From the NCBI GenBank assembly GCA_008632985.1, contig QPGO01000025.1, positions 248,001-312,000 of the forward strand: a DNA stretch of 64,000 bases. Direction: 5' to 3'. Below, piece by piece: positions 58,934-64,000 of this stretch; the stretch's first letter is position 1; every line of letters starts with the position of its first letter. The notes under the pieces were generated by a model. That model ran no database searches, was not told the origin of the DNA, and saw nothing but the letters and a program-made list of their open reading frames with translations. The DNA comes from Psammoneis japonica (lineage: Eukaryota). Made by a program: the position numbers and the translations under genes.

Positions 58934-61030
58934 CTACGAATTCGGAAACAATTGCGCGTTTTCCAGCGCGAAGGTCGAATATCGCGCCTGAAGCGACGAT
59001 CGGCGCTTCGCGCAAAACTCATGTAGAAATACGTAGAAAACATACTAGAGCTAGAACTCCAGAACGGAGAAAAAACATCTGAATGGTGCGCGTATCATCA
59101 CAATGATGTTGTTGTGTCCCTTCTCCCTTCGTGAGCGTTTCTCACTACCATGCCACCCACAAAGAGATGAAATCGTTGTATTCCTGCTCAAGCACCTGGA
59201 GATACAGAGACTCATCCGTCTAGTGGTGGCACTAGAGGCTATTCCCAGGCTCAACTTTTTTCCGGAGAGGTTTCTGGAGATGACGCCCGCGCCGACCCAT
59301 ACTCGGCCTTGTTTGAGCTATTCTTGATCGTTTTCGTTCATTGAAGACATGGCTATTACTTTTAGGAGGTATAATTGATAGGTGAGGCCCTTGCTTTGGT
59401 GAGAAACGGAGTTGTCGTTGTATAGAAATCAAAAAATGGGTCTTTTCCATTTTTGGGCGGCAAAACCCATACTTTGATGTTATTTCGTTCAATACACTTC
59501 CTCTGTTGCCTCCCATTGCTGTTATCTCTTTATCACAGATACGAAAAGTATCTCCTGTCTTGGGTATGCTGTGTGTATGATCTGTGGCGAGAAATATTGC
59601 TCACATTCGTGTGGTCTCGCATCGGCATTTTGAGACTACCACCGACCCATACTTTGATGTTTATTCGTTGATTTCGTCGCTTTACTCACACTTCTTTTAT
59701 CGAATCTTTACTTTATAGTTGTGGGAGCATCGCTCTGTCTTGATTTTGCTGTGGGTGCGAGCTGTGGCAAGAAATATTCATCGATAAAACCAACTGCGAC
59801 ATGTGCCGACGCCTTCTCCTCGCTTTCCGAGAATGCGCTTTTCCCGTTAGTCTAGTCTGTTGGATACTACTGCTAATAGAATCATAAAATAGAATGGTGA
59901 CACTAAACAAATTCTTCTATTATCTGAAGCTAGTATTCCCCCATTTTCATTGGTAGCATCAAGCTCCTCGGCTGTTCGTGTATCCGAGAGTCGAGTGCTG
60001 ACTCGAATCCTCATGTTTTACAATGTCAGCGCGTTCACTAGAAATTCATGAGTGGAGGAATTACAGGACGAATCGTTTGATGTGTTGCCAGTACTTTCGA
60101 CTTCGATATTGTCGATAGGAATTCGATTATCTTCGTCAGCATTTGTCGGTGCGACATCAGTGCTTTTCCGTCTGTGGACGCGTCAACCATACTGTAACCT
60201 CTGCCTGGCATTTCTTGTTGGATTTATTGTGCTCCCAAGACAGAAGGATGCCCCCACAACTATAAAGTAAAGATTCGATAAAAGAAGTGTGAGTAAAGAG
60301 ACGAAATGAACGAATAAACATCAAAGTATGGGTCGGTGTTAGTCTCAAAACGCCGGTGCGAGACCACACGTGTGCGACCGATATTACTCGCCACAGATCA
60401 TACACACAGCATACCCAAGACAGGAGATGCTTTTCGTATCTGTGATAAAGAGATAACAGCAATGGGAGGCAACAGAGGAAGTGTATTGAACGAAATAACA
60501 TCAAAGCATGGGTCGTGACCATTCCTGATTATCCGGTCAATCCAGTCAATGTGACAGTGCCTTGTTTCTCACCACAGATCGAATACACAGCATGCCCAAG
60601 ACAGTGAGTACCTTTCGTATCTATAATAGAGAGACACCAGCAATGGCAGGCAACAGAGGAGGTGTCTTTAACGAATAAAGATCAAAGCATGGGTTTTGCC
60701 GCTCAAAATTGGAAAACACCCATTTTTTGATTTCAACACAACGACAACTCCATTTTTCGCCAAACCAAGGGCTTACCTAACAATCAGACCTCCTAAAAGT
60801 AATATCCATGTCTTCAATGAACGAAAACGATCAAGAATAGCTCAAACAAGGCCGAGTGTGGATCGGCGCTGCGCCATGTCAAAAAAAAATCCACGCCCCA
60901 GGAAAAAGTCTCTCTCTGGTATGTTTTCTACGCAATTCTACACCAATCTTGCGCGAAGCTCCGATCGTTGCTTCGGGATGAAAATTTGAGCTTCGCGCAA
61001 GAAAACGCGCAATTGTTTCCGAATTCGTAG
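58934..61030. mobile_element. Non-autonomous foldback-like DNA transposon with TIRs, TA flanks and long internal inverted arms
   Basis: TA|CTACGAATTCGGAAACAATTGCGCGTTTTC at 58932 and its reverse complement ending at 61032; about 59300-59730 is inverted at about 60250-60860. Confidence 0.88.
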
Positions 61031-61128
61031 TACCTACAATTAATACAAAGACACTTAGACGCCTACCGTGATATCTAATAATCGCGCACGTATCATATAA
61101 TCAATCCAGGCCGGCGTGACGCCCATAA

Positions 61129-61185
61129 TATAGGCGCCGGCGCCTATAATAATATAGGCTCCAGCGCCTATATTATAGGCGCTGG
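61129..61185. repeat. Two adjacent palindromes
   Basis: TATAGGCGCCGGCGCCTATA (61129-61148) and CCAGCGCCTATA-T-TATAGGCGCTGG (61161-61185). Confidence 0.9.
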
Positions 61186-61814
61186 CTGGCTCGATAGTGC
61201 GAGTGCGGTACGGCCGTCATACACGTAAACATTCGGGCACGACACTGTGCTGTATGAGGCTACGACTAGCACAATGTGCAATATAGAACATTCAGAAACA
61301 TATATTTTGTATGTGAATATATATTTTATGTCTGGATGATCTGTATGTAAAATGACTGCACATGACTCCTGGTGTAGAATTTGTACCAGTCTACGTACTT
61401 AAAAGCTCTACGAACTGCAGTATAATAAAAACGTCCGACTTTAAGTAAAATAAAATGTCGGTCCGCCCAAATCGACCGAAACGCCGGCCATGTCTTTTAA
61501 CAAAACATTTGAACTTGAATATTTTATATGAAGCAGTCGGAGTTGAAAAAGTAATATCAAAATTTTTGTAGTGATTTGAATAGGAAACATTGTCAAAATC
61601 TTTTAATTATTTTTGAAAGTATCGATTTTTGAGAAGAAAATTGTATGGGTTACATCTGTAAAGATGCCCTAATTATTTGCCATAAACCGTTATCGTTAAA
61701 TAGCCATGTACAAAAATTGCAATACCGGTGTTCGGGACGTTTTTTACAGTTCACATTGTGCTAGTCGTCACTCCATAACATCTTCCGGAATCTTGCGGAA
61801 TGCGAAAATAAGGT

Positions 61815-64000
61815 GGATCCTCGCCGCTTCCCAGCCTTTCTCTGACCCTGCTCATCTCACTCCTCAGTGGCAGCGTGATTCCACACCCTTTTGGAAGATG
61901 CTGCCACTCTTCAAGGCTCTCATTCTTTTGCTCCTGTGTTCCTCTGCCCGTGCTCTAAATTTGGCCCTCCTGCAACAGCCTCTCGTCTGGCTCTCTCGTT
62001 CTCCGCCGGCGTTGATGCATCTGTCAACTTTGCAAATGTGCCTGCTCTCTCACGCCACACTCCTCTTCTTCTGGCTCCTCTCCAAACTTCTCTGCTTCCA
62101 CCTGTTGTTGCTCTGCCCAAGTCTGTGCTGATGAGGACAACTTCCGCTCAGCCTGCTCCAAACTCCAAACTGGCCTCCACACTCCCAGCTGCCGCTGTCA
62201 CTCCCAAGTGCCTCCCTGAGACATCCTCAAGCTCTGCCCTCCCCGCTCACACCCTTCCGACACACCCGATGCTCCCTCAACTTGCTCAGCCTCTTCTCTT
62301 GACAATGAGCCCATTGAGCTCTCTGCTGGTGCTCTTCTCTCTGCCCTTTCCAACAAGTGCAAACCCGCGCTGATGCTGTCGGAGAGTGTTTGCCAGTTCT
62401 CCACCAATCTTTTCAAGTCCTGCACTTTCTGCTCCACCAAAACTCCCACTGGTCATTCTCAACACCCCTGCTTGCCTTTTTTCTGGGAGCTCATCCTTCT
62501 TCTCCTTCGCTGCTCTCTGTCCCTCCCTCCCCATCCACTGCGCCAAAATCCATTGAATCGGCAAGCTTTTTGTGACAAACGGCAGTTGACATTTTTGATG
62601 GCATGCACATCAAAACCTCCTCTGCTGTAAAATGGCAGAAGCTTCCATTGTGATTCTGGCTGTTTTGAGGAACCCAGACGTCCTTGTCCAACTCAAAAAT
62701 TTGCAGCAAAGCCCAAAGTTCGTCCTTTGTTGGCCTTGTCTCCTGTTCCGCTCTGTCGTCGCATTGCAATGCATCAATTGTTGTGTCATGGTTTTTTGGA
62801 ATTAGACAACCAGACATTGCTCCTTCTTCATCTAAGTCCAGCAAGGCTGAATCCAGCTCAGCACACATGATTGCCAGACCAAAGCAACGACATGCTTTTG
62901 CAAGGTGCTGGATGCCAAGCAAAAGCAGGAATGTGACAGACCACGTTGACAATGAGTCTTCATTGTTTTGCACTGCATTCAGCACACTCTTGCCCATGCC
63001 AAGCTGCATCTGATGACTTTGAAGATGCAAATCCAGACCCTTCCACACCTGCTTTGCACGCATGCACTCTTTGACCGCAGAGATGACATGGCGGCCCTTT
63101 TCTTTCGTGGCAAGCTCCGCCCAGAAACTTTGTGCCTCCTCCCTGTGATGGGATTGCGCTGAACCATGCTTGTTTCAATGCATGTGGCGCACCAAGGCAA
63201 TGACACATGCAATGTCTGCAATGCAGCAGACGTCATCCATCATGCACGCTTCGCTCCTTTGGTGGTTGCAAGCAACTCGATTGTTTCTTTGCCATTGCTG
63301 TGTCTTCAAGCCTCTGCACTCCACTTCTTGTTTGCAGAAAGGCTGGCACAAAACCTGCAGAAAAAATCTGGCGTGGGCTCCTTTTCACAAAATGATGGAC
63401 ATGACTGAATGTGAATGACCTTGATGGAATTCCCAGCTCATCTGACAATCGTGTTGTCATCATGGCTGTCATGCTTCTCCGCTCCTGAACAACAGTGGTG
63501 TTGCGTCCTGTGTCACTCATTGCCGCACATTGGAAACCATCTGCCTCAACATGTCATCATCAGAAAGAACACAAATGATGTCATCAGTGTGACATCAGGG
63601 TTCTCACGCCATCAAATGCCACTCCATTGGAGATTTGACACCCAGACCTGTTTTGGTGCATGCCTTCATGTCTGTAGAATGCACTGAAATGTCAATGGTC
63701 CAAATCAAATCATGTTTGACATCTCAAAAGTGTTCCCCCATTTTGGTTCCTTGCCAATCAGAGAAACGAGGTGCGACATGTGTCATTTTAACAAACAAAC
63801 ATGCTTCAATGATCACACCCAAAACTTGCACCTCATCTTCCAAACAAACCATTGGTGCTCACCCCCCCCATGGAACAAGCAGACTCTCTCTGCTTTCCAT
63901 TGATGCATCACATGTGGGGCTGTTGTTTGCACAAAATTTCAAGTTGTCATCAATGTTCAACATCGCGGCAGATGCACATGTGTTGGATGTCAATTCACTG
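61815..64000. mobile_element. Degenerate TpA-depleted TE DNA (pyrimidine-rich LINE-like piece followed by an unassigned coding relic)
   Basis: Abrupt loss of TpA; Tyr-free broken ORFs; no diagnostic motif recognised. Confidence 0.5.

Noticed and set aside
1..64000. Classical fungal RIP or CpG decay alone as the explanation
   Set aside because: RIP would enrich TpA and CpG decay cannot remove TpA; YVDD to CVDD gives the opposite direction to RIP.

Overview
Eukaryotic nuclear DNA, most likely a pennate diatom (inferred from short GT-AG introns, bipartite plastid presequences of the AFAP/AFVAP type, a CP12-like gene, and CoDi-type Copia and Ambal-like LINE relics). Two gene-dense blocks (about 5.9-23.3 kb and 49.4-58.7 kb) alternate with repeat blocks (1-5.8 kb, 23.4-49.3 kb, 58.9-64 kb). 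The main signal is a repeat-restricted hypermutation. Inside transposon DNA, TpA is almost eliminated and replaced by TpG/CpA (A-to-G on either strand), on top of CpG decay, while neighbouring genes are normal. Aligned duplicates inside the window show the changes directly. A satellite array shows a positional gradient (8,6,5,4,3,3 TpA per homologous 50 bp), and conserved Tyr codons are converted (RT YVDD to CVDD), which fixes the direction. This is the mirror image of fungal RIP and suggests an adenine-deamination-type genome defence. Other points: a pair of paralogous microproteins, a Copia element with LTRs, TSD and PBS nested in a CRE-like LINE, two TA/CTAC-ended TIR elements, and several housekeeping genes broken by single-base indels that are probably assembly errors.
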